Shown here: positions 1 to 11,859 of the stretch, in pieces | How positions within the stretch are numbered: the first letter of the stretch is position 1 | Layout of the letters: each line of letters begins with the position of its first letter | Origin: Vairimorpha necatrix | Taxonomy: Eukaryota | NCBI GenBank assembly: GCA_036630325.1 | Contig: CP142736.1 | Location: 248,001-312,000 of the forward strand | Length of the DNA stretch: 64,000 bases | Direction of reading: 5' to 3' | Made by a program: the position numbers and the translations under genes | Notes under the pieces: model-generated | The model's input: the letters and a program-made list of their open reading frames with translations, nothing else | Told to the model about the DNA's origin: nothing | The model's database searches: none

Positions 1-82
1 AAAAAGGCGTATAAAGACTGTAAAACAAATCATAACGTTTGTTGCGAAATAAAAACAACAATTACCAGCCGAATACAATTTA

Positions 83-1324
83 CAGGGGGTTAGATTGTTT
101 TATAGTCCAGGTTTTGCATTTTAATAGTTCAACTTTGCATTTTTATTTTATATTTTTTTAATAAAATAAAACCTCTTTTATGACTAGAAAAGCCATAGCA
201 ACAGTCGCACCGGATGTCTGCAAGCACAAGGAAAACGACTAAAAAATAAAACTTGAATATAAAAGATAATGCTAATAAATTAGATTTTAGTTTAAAACAA
301 ATAAATATTTCGTTGGAAAATGCATGATGGAGAGCTTGATTTTTCTAATAAGGCTTAAATCGAATAAAAATTTCATTTCCACGAGTATATAAACCGATAG
401 ATCTTGTGTAAAAAAATAATTACCTTGGCAAAGACATGACATTTAGTGCAATTAAAGAAGATCTCAATACAAAAGCAATTGTTTCAATGTTGTTGTCGAC
501 TATTTCGAGAATTTTAAGATAATAAAATAAATATTACAGGAAAAAATTATCACAGATTTCTGCAGAGCGTAATTAACAGGACGAAATAAAAAATAGCTGA
601 ATATGGCTTGAAAACATCGGTTTAGTTGACTAGAAAATTTTATGTTTGGATGAAACTGGATTTAATACTTTTATTACGAAGCATTATGGATTTTAATGAA
701 AAAATAAAAAAGCATTTAAAACAGTTCCCGCAAATCGATTCTAAAATTTAGTTATCTTTGAGTGATCTCTAAATTGGGCCTTATTGCATACGAAATAAAA
801 AGAACGCATGTAATTCTTACCATTCATCGAGTTTATTAAAAGTTATCTTGTGATTTTTCCGATCAAATACTCAAAGGATTTTAGTCGTAAATTATTGCAA
901 AGCCATCATTTTCAAAAAAATTTGGAATAACTAAGAGATTGGGTATTTCCTATGTTTTTTTTGACCAAAATACACCACAGCTTAATCTTATTGAAAAAAT
1001 TTTAAGATAAAATCAAGGTTTTGTTAATAAGAAAACAAATAATACAGAAAAAACGGATTTAGAACAAGTTTTAAACAATAATTTTAGATTATCGTATAGT
1101 GGATTCTCACTAATATGGTAAGATGGCTAGTAGAAATGGCAAGGCAGCATAATGAATTTATCTAATTAAATATGATTGTATATTCTTTTACACATAAATC
1201 TATTGATTATTCTTTTTTACAAAATTAAACGGTTTTTATAATTTATTGCTTCGAAAAATGGATTATAAAAATCAAAAAATATACTATAAAAATCAAAAGT
1301 TGAAGTAAAAAATGCAAACCCCTG
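83..1324 (+). mobile_element. Degenerate Tc1/mariner (IS630-like) DNA transposon
   Basis: TA|CAGGGG...CCCCTG|TA ends with imperfect TIR similarity (GTTTGCATTTT..TTCAACTTT). Broken transposase motifs: CLDETGFN at ~643-666 and a decayed YSPxLNPIE-like segment at ~970-995. Many stops and frameshifts. Confidence 0.75.
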
Positions 1325-1433
1325 TAAATAATTAGCACTTTTAAAACACTTGTAAGTTGATTTGCGATGAGTTTATAAGACATTAGCTTTATGTTTCTGT
1401 CGCGCTTTTGGTATTTTGGTTTTTACGGATTTA

Positions 1434-2274
1434 GGAGCATTTCCACTTACACCCCCCCCCTTACATATATAAATACCAATTTTTAAAAATATCCCTGATT
1501 TTCGAAATTCAAAGCGGACAGAACGGGAAGCAGAAAAATCTAAAAAAAATTATAAATAAAACAAGATAATAATTAAAATAAACAAATTATTTTTTCGTTT
1601 TTTTAATTTTTTTTGTTTCTTTATTTTACTATCTACTTGATTAAATCTGTACTTATTATACATTTTATGTATAATAATAAGAAATATTATTTTATTTATA
1701 TATAATGAACATTTAACACAACTAAATTATAATTTATAACTTAAAAATATGTAAAATCATATATTAAATCAATTCATATAAATTGTATAGCAGTTTTTTT
1801 CTCATAGTTTACATCTTTTATGTTATAAAAAACATTTGAATGATTTAAAAAACATAAACATGAGATTTTGAATCTTCGTTGTCTATAAAAACTAATAAAT
1901 TAACAAAAATACTAATTTTTTATACATAGTAAAAATAATTATAAACAAATCTAATATCTGTTTAAAACAGCATAAAAATAATGAAAACATTACTATAAGC
2001 ATTAGAGTTTAATTATAATGACATAAAAAAATAAATATATTTTTATGTATTTAGACATATATTTTAACGCAATTTATGAAAAATGATACTTAAATTTGTT
2101 TTATTTCTATGTTTTACATATCATGAACAATCTAGAACTTAATAAAAATATTTTTTTGTACTTTAAAAATTATTTATTTTCTCCTCCTTTTTTTACATTT
2201 TAGTTTTGTAAAAAAAGGATATTGTTAAATTTTGGTATTTATATATCTAGGGGGATGTAAAGTGGAAATTGACC
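1434..2274. mobile_element. Non-autonomous TIR element (Merlin-type MITE), copy 1
   Basis: ~60-bp imperfect TIRs starting GG (GGAGCATTTCCACTTACACCCC / rc GGTCAATTTCCACTTTACATCCCC); 8-bp TSD CGGATTTA/CGAATTTA; AT-rich noncoding interior homologous to copy 2. Confidence 0.8.
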
Positions 2275-3554
2275 CGAATTTATTTGGTTATGATATTAAC
2301 GCTTTAATGTTTTATATAGTTGTAGCCCGTTTTGACGGCAATTTCGTCAGAAGTCAAATTCCCTACAGGTTGACATGCTGCTTTGATTACTTTTCTCACT
2401 ATGCATTCTGGCCGTGTAAATCTTGGCAAATTAAAGGACAAGTTCTAGCGTCTTCGCCGCAATGAACTGGATGTATGTTATACAAAGGGCTAAATTTCTT
2501 CTCCGCCTTGTCCTTCTTAGTAATTTATTTGTCTATTCTCTATATTATTTATATAAAACTTTTTATGTCCGATATTGATGTATTAAATTTAGATCGTTCG
2601 CAAAAAAAGTCCTATTCCGTTGACTTGGAATTCTCAACTTTAACATTCGATAAGGAATATTTTGTACATAAAACTGTAATTAAAAAATAGGAGTTAATTT
2701 ATTTATAAAATTTATAGTCCAAATATCAAATGACATTTATCAAATAATTGGATGAGATTTGACATATAATACTTCTGACAAAGTAACTTATAACAATAAG
2801 AATATCATTCTTATGGGCATGAATTTCGAATTAAATTTTATTTTCTCAATTTGTTGTTTTTATATTTGGGTTGTATTTAATTAAAGAGTATAACTAAAAA
2901 CAAGACTTATCTAAAAAAGGCATTATATGAAATATATCATTTACTTCAAAAAAATTTGACTAAAGTAACATGTCTTTTTAATTAGAAGTTATTTGTCAGA
3001 CGTTGCAGCAATTATACCATTACGACAATACTATAAAGTATCACATGAATGTTATGATTTTATACCAAGTAACGAGGTCAGAATAATTTATGAATATAAG
3101 GAAGAAACAAACACGAATGTTTTTAATGCTGGAAGGTCTACTATAGGTCGATATTAGACTAGAAACATACAAAATGTTAAAATATTTTAATATTTAAGAA
3201 CGCGCGAAAATTGAAAGCAATGCACGAGAATAAAAAATATAACAGTTTTACACGTGTTGATAGTTTAGCAATTTTTTTTGTCTAATTATTATTTTTAATT
3301 TTAGCAATAATTAATAATTTTTCATTTAAAATCTTGTTAATTATAAAATTATTCACGTATTTTTCTGCGGACTCATTATTTTTGACATCAATCGAAAATC
3401 TAAAAACAGACCCGACAGAAAGTATGTACAATCAAGGATGAAATCATAATTACTAATGAAAAAATAATTCATAAATTTATATCTAAACAAGTGATTAAAA
3501 CATCTTATTAATTAACAATATTTTAGCATTTAAATAATTTTTTTATAAGCCCAC

Positions 3555-5246
3555 ATGAAAATTTGCAAAATTTTCACAAGTATGTTAATTGTACAGGGAT
3601 ATCAAGATGTCTACAATAAACTATATACACTAATAACTGAAAAAATTAAAAATAGAGATTATTGGGAAATTTCTAATGAAAAAAAATATTTAAGGATAAA
3701 ATTGTCTTTTGATTATTTGAATTATCAATTAGATGCGAATATATTAGAAGAATGTAACATTCTCGAAATAATAGAAGAAGAAAAAAGAATATTAGTAAAT
3801 TCTATCGAGAGATCCATTCAAGATATTGTTGTAGAGTTCGAAGATAAATTACTACATGAATGTGAAATTTTGCGTCCAGACTTTATTGTGCTAATTTATA
3901 ATCCTGCATGTTGTCAGCATAATGTGTTTAAACAAATAATCGATTTTTTAATTCAAAAAAATTTAGCAAGAAGAAATTCAATCAATCGTAGCGATCTATT
4001 ATATGAATACATAATCGAAGATATTTCATTATGGAATGTTATGTTTGTAAATTTATATAAACAAGAATATAACAACGATTTTAGTCATCAAAAAATACCA
4101 CTTACTTTTAGTAAAAGGGGAAAACAGCATTACGTAAATTTTTGTATTGAAGTCAAAAATATTAAACATTTATTTGAAATTAATGCAGAAGAAATCGGTA
4201 AGGAAAGTCTATATACTTGGAAAGATACATGCCTTGAAAAGAATAAAGAAGTAGACAGAAAAATTGGCAATTATTTTCATATGTTATACAAGAATATTTA
4301 TGTTGACAATATTGACAATTATTCTATGCCATTTTTCAAAATTTGTACTCCTTATAAAATTGAATTATTCATTAAAAAATTTCGAATTGAGATAATAGAT
4401 GATGAAATTCATCTTGGGCACCGGAATGAGAATCATATTTTCATTCCAAATAGACAAACAACATTATTTGGGAAAAGATACGCGAACGAAAATAAATGGA
4501 TCACGGAATTTAAAAGAGTTTTTAAAAAAATTCATGCAATAGATTTTTCGGAGAACCGTTGTAAAGGCGTTGAAATGTTTTTTAGATTGATTAGATATCT
4601 TAATAAAGTAGATTTTTTTATAGAAAGAATTTTAAATGCTGAAGGTTCGCCTATGAACGTTCTATTAGCACATCTATTACATATTAAAGGATTAATAAAC
4701 AGAAGTGAATTAAAAAATATTATAAATATCGAAGGTCTAATCGAAGAAAAAAAGATACAACTTTGTAAAGAATTAGAAAAAAGTTTATCAACTGATAGAT
4801 GCAATTCAATTTCTTTTTTATTAAAAATATTTTTATTCATAGAAGGTGAAAAATATATAAATAAAAACAGGTCAAACCCCGAACCCAATTTTAAAATATT
4901 GAAGATGATTGGAGCTCTAATAAAGTCGAAAGGAAAGGCTCGTGGTATTTTGAAAAAGATAGAATCAGGGTTTTTTATAAATAAAAATAAGATTGATTTG
5001 GCCGTTATATATGATGATCTAGTAAAAAATCACTTCCAAGATTATCAAAATAGTCAAAGTAATTTATGGAAGGAGGTTTTTAAAATAGCATCATTGTTTA
5101 CAGGATTAGAATCTACTAGATGTGAAATTAATGACCATACATTCTATACTTTGAAAGGAAAAATTATCAGAGAAATGGGACTTGATAAATATGAGGTAGA
5201 AAAAAATAATAAAATAATACAAAGAACTTTATTTGAAAAAAACTAA
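3555..5246 (+). CDS. Hypothetical 563-aa protein, paralog of 11860-13557; possible N-terminal signal peptide
   Basis: Long ORF, CCC motif before ATG, full-length similarity to the second copy (LRPDxIVLIYNP, EMFFRLI, GSPxNV, ASLFTGLESTRC). Confidence 0.85.
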   Translation: MKICKIFTSMLIVQGYQDVYNKLYTLITEKIKNRDYWEISNEKKYLRIKLSFDYLNYQLDANILEECNILEIIEEEKRILVNSIERSIQDIVVEFEDKLLHECEILRPDFIVLIYNPACCQHNVFKQIIDFLIQKNLARRNSINRSDLLYEYIIEDISLWNVMFVNLYKQEYNNDFSHQKIPLTFSKRGKQHYVNFCIEVKNIKHLFEINAEEIGKESLYTWKDTCLEKNKEVDRKIGNYFHMLYKNIYVDNIDNYSMPFFKICTPYKIELFIKKFRIEIIDDEIHLGHRNENHIFIPNRQTTLFGKRYANENKWITEFKRVFKKIHAIDFSENRCKGVEMFFRLIRYLNKVDFFIERILNAEGSPMNVLLAHLLHIKGLINRSELKNIINIEGLIEEKKIQLCKELEKSLSTDRCNSISFLLKIFLFIEGEKYINKNRSNPEPNFKILKMIGALIKSKGKARGILKKIESGFFINKNKIDLAVIYDDLVKNHFQDYQNSQSNLWKEVFKIASLFTGLESTRCEINDHTFYTLKGKIIREMGLDKYEVEKNNKIIQRTLFEKN

Positions 5247-6130
5247 AAAAAATAATCACCAATAAATTATTTTTTTCCATTGTTCTAAACTCGATACCAT
5301 GAAGTGTTCTTTCTATTTATTTCTTTTTATCTATATCTTTTAAAACGTTTAAGGTTTTATTGTAAGCTTCAAAAGGTTTCTATACTTATAATTAGAGGAT
5401 ATTACAAATTGAACGTTACTATAATCTATGCAAATTTTAATTCTAATAATATAAAACAACATACTTTAGCAGAATTCTTACATCGGCCAATGTCTAATTG
5501 TTGTTTTAATCTTCTCTTTGGGCGATATGATTTTAAATACATAATCGATAATCAACTATGTTATTTTATATTATGTTTAGTCTCTATTTATCTGGATGAA
5601 AATTTTTTTTATATATTTATAGTAGTTATTTCAAAAATACTTACAAATAATAGTATCAAAGAATATATTCGATAAATCTTTCATCAGAAAATTCTTGAGA
5701 ACATTACGATAATGCTTAAAAGCAAAATGTTTATATCAAACTCTACGATAAATAAAAGAAAAAATTAGTTTCTCGTTACGATACCTATGCGTCAAAGTTT
5801 AGCCTAAGCAGTCCACAGTAAAAATTAGTACCGCGAAAAACAATTTTATACGCACATTTCTTTTTATCTTACATACTACGATTAAATATCGTAGAAAATT
5901 TAAAAAAATCAATATTCATTCTATTTAAAAATTTATTTTTTTAACTTAATCTATTAAAGTGCTAATTTTATGGACTTATTACAAAGACTATGATATATTA
6001 TATTATTTATGTGTACAACTTATGCATATAAAAACTTCTAGCATGTTTTACTTAATTTACAAATATTATTATTTGTTTTAAAATTGTTTCAACTTAACAA
6101 TAATTTTAAATTTTTGTTTGCATATATTAT

Positions 6131-6847
6131 ATGAAAGTTGTACCTTTTACTTCTCAAGGCGAATTCGGCAAAATCTTTTTAGTCACCAAAGATCTCAAAA
6201 ACTATTTTATTATTAAAAAAATTTCAAATACTCTCCATTTTTCCAAAGAAGCCTTCATCTTGAATAAACTTTCCCATATTAATATAATTAAATTCTATGG
6301 TATAACCTACACTAAAAATGGCTTTTTATTAAAGCTTGAATATTTTCCAAGTTTGAGTCTACAAGATTATATACATTATAGTGAGAAGTTTACTGCAGAC
6401 AAGATTTACAAAATTTTTATACAGTTAGTAAAAGCTATTATGTATTTACATAGTATTGATATAGTACATGGAGATATTAAAACTGATAATATTTAAATTA
6501 ATCTTGATGATCATGTAAAATTATGTGACTTTGGTTTTAGTAGAGATATACATGAGATAAACACGACAAAGAATGGATCAGTAAATTACTTACCGCCCGA
6601 GATTGTAGTTAATGATAGATATGATCTTAAGAAAGTGGACGTTTTTTGTCTTGGGGTTGTTTTGTTTACACTTTGTACAGGAAGTGCGCCGGAGAGAGAT
6701 AAAGAGCTTAGAGTTGTAGAAATGCACTTACAAGATAATGAATTTGAAGAATTGTTACTTAAAATGTTATTTTCCGATCCAGATAAAAGATGGGACATAA
6801 ATCAAATACACGAATATTTATTTAGTCATAAAGAGAAATCAAAGTAA
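6131..6847 (+). pseudogene. Minimal Ser/Thr protein kinase (CAMK-like) with one in-frame stop
   Basis: QGEFGKI, IIK, HGDIKTDNI, then TAA at 6494-6496, continuing in frame with LCDFGFS, YLPPE, DVFCLGV and DPDKRW to the stop at 6847. Confidence 0.85.
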
Positions 6848-6999
6848 TAAAATTAATTATAATTTATTAGTTAAGTTAGTATTTTCGTAGTTTATTTCAT
6901 TGTTCAAATATATTAATTTATCATACTTCGATATGCATTTGTATTTATCTATATTGGATTTTTTTTAATGATTTTACACAGCGTGATAAATAACCTTTT

Positions 7000-9600
7000 A
7001 GTTTTTTCATTTAATTGTAGATGAAACATGTAATTTTCACTTGTTGAATCTACTGCCAAACTATCCGACGTATAAATCTTTAAAATAATACAGGTAAAAA
7101 TGCATCTAATATGATATATTCTTTATAGGTTTCTAAGGAAAACTCGATCATTCCGATAAATGACAAATACAATCTTTGTATTCTAAAATCATTTTTTGTT
7201 AAGTAGCGAGTTTGAAGAATAATTCTGCCAAAATGTTTTATATTTCCTTACCCCTATCTTCAAAAATGGAGATAGAAAAATATTGGTGAAGATTTTAAAA
7301 AAGAGTTTTTTTAACAATATAAAAGTAATGTACCAGTTTATTATTTTTAATTCAGGTCATAACCATAATGTATCTTGATAATTTTTCATTTTTTTTAGCT
7401 GATAGATTTGTTGTTTTAAATATTTTTAACAATCCTGAATCAATCTTCTATAATAAAGAACATAAATATACGGTTAAAAAATGTAAAGATTGTTTGTATT
7501 CTAACTGCAAAAAAGTTTTAAACCAATCAAATTACAAGCTCGGGCGAGCTATATGTAATTCGACATTCATTTATCCCCTGATTTGTAATATTTATTAAGA
7601 ATTACAAAATGTTAATTTTAATCCTCTTTTATGTCAATAAACCTCCTATAGAAAATTTCTAATTCTTCTTTGTTTTCTTCACTTTTATAAAAAGTAAAAC
7701 CTCTATATTTAAAAATAGTGGCCTCGTCCCTATTTAAATTTCATAAACGATACTCAAAACTTAGTTACTTGTGGCATAAAAACAATTATCAACCTTGTTG
7801 ACGATAAATAATATTTACAGACATGTATTTATACTAATAAAACAATGTATTGTATTCTATAAAAATAACATTTATGTTACTTAAAACTTAGTAATAAAAT
7901 AATAAAAACCAAAATTGAGAACTATACTATCAATGGACAGTATTATTCGGCTTAATGGTCGGTGGTAACGGTACGAATTTCTAAAGGAAAATTTATGTGT
8001 AAACATTCTATTTCTTAAACAACTAAAATCATGTTTTTTATATCGTTTTTCCGTATGTGTAATAAACTGACCATAACCTCTAACTTTTTAATCGTATTTG
8101 TTTTTTGTAATGCTACATATGGCAAAATAGTTTTTTTTATTAGAAAAAATAAATATGGAAATTTATCTAGAACGACGAAAAGCATAATTCGAGAATATTA
8201 GAAGACATAAAACAAAGTCGTTAGATGTATTTATATATCTTCTTACGACCTCTTGTTTTGAGATTTCCTGTTATTTTGTAATATTTTATGTTGAGATCTT
8301 GTACTACAAATGAGAAAATTACAATAGCCATGCATGCAATTTATCTTGAAACACATTTGATCTAGAGGACCAACTTTTGGAAATTAATTAGCTTAAATGA
8401 ATAAAAATATTTTATCTAAAAATAGCTTTGTTTTTAATAAATAATGTATTTATATACTTGTTTTTTGTATAAGTGTTTCAGTACATATTATACTTAAGTT
8501 ATAGGGGGCTGAGTTACCAGACGCAATTTGAAACCCCTTTATTCCGACAAACGATCCTCCTTCCGCACTTACTTTCGCCGACTTTTTTTGTCAAACTTTT
8601 CTAGGACTGCTTAAATAAAATGAGCTAATTTTATGTTCAATTGGCTACCCTATTTAGCTCGCTTTTGTTTAGTAACCAAATAATACCTCGTGAGTACATA
8701 CAGAATAAGTCTAGACTTTTATTGATACACAGGCATTTTATGGTTCGTTTAAAGATCTTTTTTATACTTATTTTCTGTTCTTTTGTTATCAAATCCAGCA
8801 ATCCCAGTTCTACCTTGATCTCATATTTTTTACTTTGCCAATATCTATATCACAGACATATTTTACTTAATTATAACTGCTAAGAATCCTGTATTCATTT
8901 TATTTCTACATCTCAGGAAAATACTGTGCATGTTGGATTGATTATTGAGTATCTATTTATATTCCCTACCTAATTTTACGCCTTTTATTTAAATTAATAT
9001 ATAAACTACGGCATGCCTAGACACAAAGTTGCCATTAGATGAACACTTTAATTTCTCAATAAATTGAAGCCATTTCTTATTCTTTTTATTGAAGATGTTA
9101 CATCTTGCATAGCATATGGGCTACCTCGTTTCTAGACGTTAAATCATTTTGTAAGTCATAAGATTAGCTAATACCCCCTCCAAGTGTAATTATTTTTTTC
9201 GCGAAATATATTTCTATCATTATATTATAGTTTTCTTAATGACTTCTAAAGGTTTTTTTGAGACTTTTTTCTAGCTTTTATTTACATTTCGACAAGCTTT
9301 AATCTTAGAAAGCTATAATATTTAAATGTTTTTTTTGATGAGCATAGGAACTTCACGATATGAATTCTTTGTATTTTCTAAAGCTGTAAACGGCTGTATA
9401 TATATTTTTATGCAAAGAGTTTTGATAATGTAGATTTGGAAAAAATATAAAAAAGAGATCAATATATGGTGACCGAATTATTGTATTTATAGACCAAGAA
9501 AATAAGATCTACAGTTGCCATTCCTATTTCTAGTATGTCGATTTCATTTTTCCCAAAAGTTTAGAGGCAATGTCTTCGCGCAACTTCCACTATGTTCTTA
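7000..9600 (-). mobile_element. Possible highly decayed non-LTR retrotransposon relic
   Basis: Faint minus-strand RT-like pieces (RPITCL-like at ~8710-8750, GxxQGxxLSP-like at ~8505-8550); no long ORF; boundaries approximate. Confidence 0.3.
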
Positions 9601-10388
9601 TTTCTAGCTACACGTTTTAAATAAAAAATTTTAACAAAATATTATTGATGTCTTGCTATACTATATCAATTATGTTTTCTCAAATCTTTAATTTTTTTAT
9701 GTCAAACAAATTTTTTATTAATATTCTTTAAAAAATATTGTGCAATAAAAAAAATATGGCGTATTTTATAAAAGAGGAAAATTTACTAAATACTTTTCAT
9801 CATTGTAATTATATGAAAAATACTAAATTTTCACTTAACAAAATTTTACTATATTATTAAACATTTTACATAAAACGATATAATAATAAAATCCCTTTTA
9901 AATGTTTTTTTTTTATGCAAGATAAGTTACAAAAATAGAAAAAAAATATATATATTGGATACAATGTTTTATTTTAGAACATAGAATAACATTTTGCCAA
10001 ATAAATGCGTCTTTGTACTTAAGAATGTTTGAAACATATGCGGACCTGATTTATTATAATTGCTCTATCAAAACTAAAACATTACAAAAAAAGATCTTGT
10101 ATTTTATATATATTATGCATAAATTTAATAATCTTAATATGTTAAAAATATCTATATTCAAAACCATTTTAACTAGCGGAACACACAATAATAAATTTTA
10201 TAAATACAAATTAACATGTGCAATGCTGATACAATTATAGATATTTGGTCATTATTAGAAAAAAAATTAATTTATTATAAACCACATCCAAAATGCTATG
10301 TTTGTTACGACTTTGCTTAAGCTAATTACATAAAGATTTTTGCTTAATGATTTTTTATCTTTTTTTCAGTAATTCATAAACAAAAAGT

Positions 10389-11180
10389 AGGTGCCCTTAG
10401 CCCAGCGGTAGAAGACAATGCTTCAATTGAGCAGTGGCTGGGTCGATTTCAGTGGCACCAAAATTGTTTCTACCTTTCTATGATGCAGTTGAACAACTCA
10501 GATGATAAAAATGTCCACGATATCATAAAGTTGATTCAATGAAACTTGTGTGTTTTTAGCAACAAAGGAATTAGCATCTAGTTAAGAAACGCACCTCTAA
10601 GCTAAAAAAGCAGTATCCCCCTTTGGTGACTTAATGATACATAATAGAATCTGCTGGTTACGGCCTAGAGGAGCCCATGGCGGTGCACTCTAGAGTAGTA
10701 TCCTAGAGCTAACTATGAGATTAAACGAAGTAGGGCAATATAAGGTCTCGTGGACCCTATCTTACATGATTCTGTAACACGGTGGCCGAAACCAGTGGGA
10801 GACTGGTGGTCAACGCAGTTTAATGAAAATGTCGGGCTGGTGATGTGGTCGTGTAAAGAGCTCTGTGTGCAATACAGATGATCGATGGGATTTTTGAGTC
10901 AGTACGATGATGTCTATCCTCGGGTTATAGACAATCATGCCCGTTAAGTATATCCGCTGTGAGGTCACTCTGGACACGATTTGAGGTATAAATGGAAAGT
11001 GTTCTTCTGGAGCCAAAGTCGAATGGATACGGCGGAGCTTGCTGCGCCGGCAAGTTGTATGGAGGAAGTTTTAGTGAGTAAGAATCTCACAGTACCAGTT
11101 GGATGAGGATCACACCCAAATCCCTCTGGTCCCTATGTAAGGTTTCTCCCAAACTCTTACTTGCAAGAAAAAAAAAAAAT
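10389..11180 (+). mobile_element. tRNA-headed SINE, copy 1
   Basis: tRNA-like head 10390-10460 (A box TAGCCCAGCGG, B box GGGTCGATTTC, GGTGCC/GGCACC acceptor stem), GC-richer body, A12 tail at 11168-11179, 13-bp TSD ATAAACAAAAAGT at 10376-10388 and 11181-11193. Confidence 0.85.
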
Positions 11181-11859
11181 ATAAACAAAAAGTTAAGAAA
11201 AAACATTTAATATGCAAAAACGGGGGCTAAAAGAAGTGCTGTATTTTTGACTTATTTATAGATATAATGCAAAATCACAAACCATGCTCTATGTAAATCA
11301 AGTGGGAAATATTGTAATTTTACAAGTGATGTTACGTGAATTTCGACAAAATACTACAATATCCTGTAAATAATACAAATTATTTACTAAGCACTAAGAA
11401 ATTATCTATGACATTATTTTGAAGATATTGCAAAAAAATTTCTTAATATCGACAGGACCATTATGAGATGGTCATGAACCAAAATTAAAACATAGAGTAG
11501 AAATTGTGTATTTTTAAAGATTTGTAAAAATAAAAAAAACGCACGAGTCTAGTATTAATGTACATCATTAAATAAAAATAAAATTTACATATGTAAATAG
11601 AAATATGAATAAATTTTATAAATATAATTTTGTTTTTCACTTTATGATTTTTTCTAACATTTAATTACTTATGAAAAGAAATTTAATCTTATTTTGACAT
11701 CAATCAAAAATCTAACAAAATATTCAAATATCAACCAATTTGTAAAAAAATCTTAATTTTTAAGTATAATTGTTTTTGTTTAAATATAAATAAATTTGAA
11801 GAATTTACGTTCCTTGATTTTTTTATTTTTTGTGTAAAAAACAAAATTTTTTATCCCAT

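Noticed and set aside
2232-2690. Short ORFs; RSQIPYRL resembles the PIF1/Helitron helicase RxQxPxRL motif
   Set aside because: The following helicase motifs (KSQG, YVALSR) are not convincingly present, and the ORF starts inside a MITE TIR.
5304-5675. 123-aa ORF
   Set aside because: Non-ATG start, AT-driven composition, no motif.
10390-10460. Functional tRNA gene
   Set aside because: The D-stem does not pair, the T-loop is non-canonical, and it is embedded in a TSD-flanked poly(A) element, so it is read as a SINE head.
10600-11150. rRNA fragment or 68-aa ORF
   Set aside because: No universal rRNA motifs recognised; the ORF is not preserved in the second copy.
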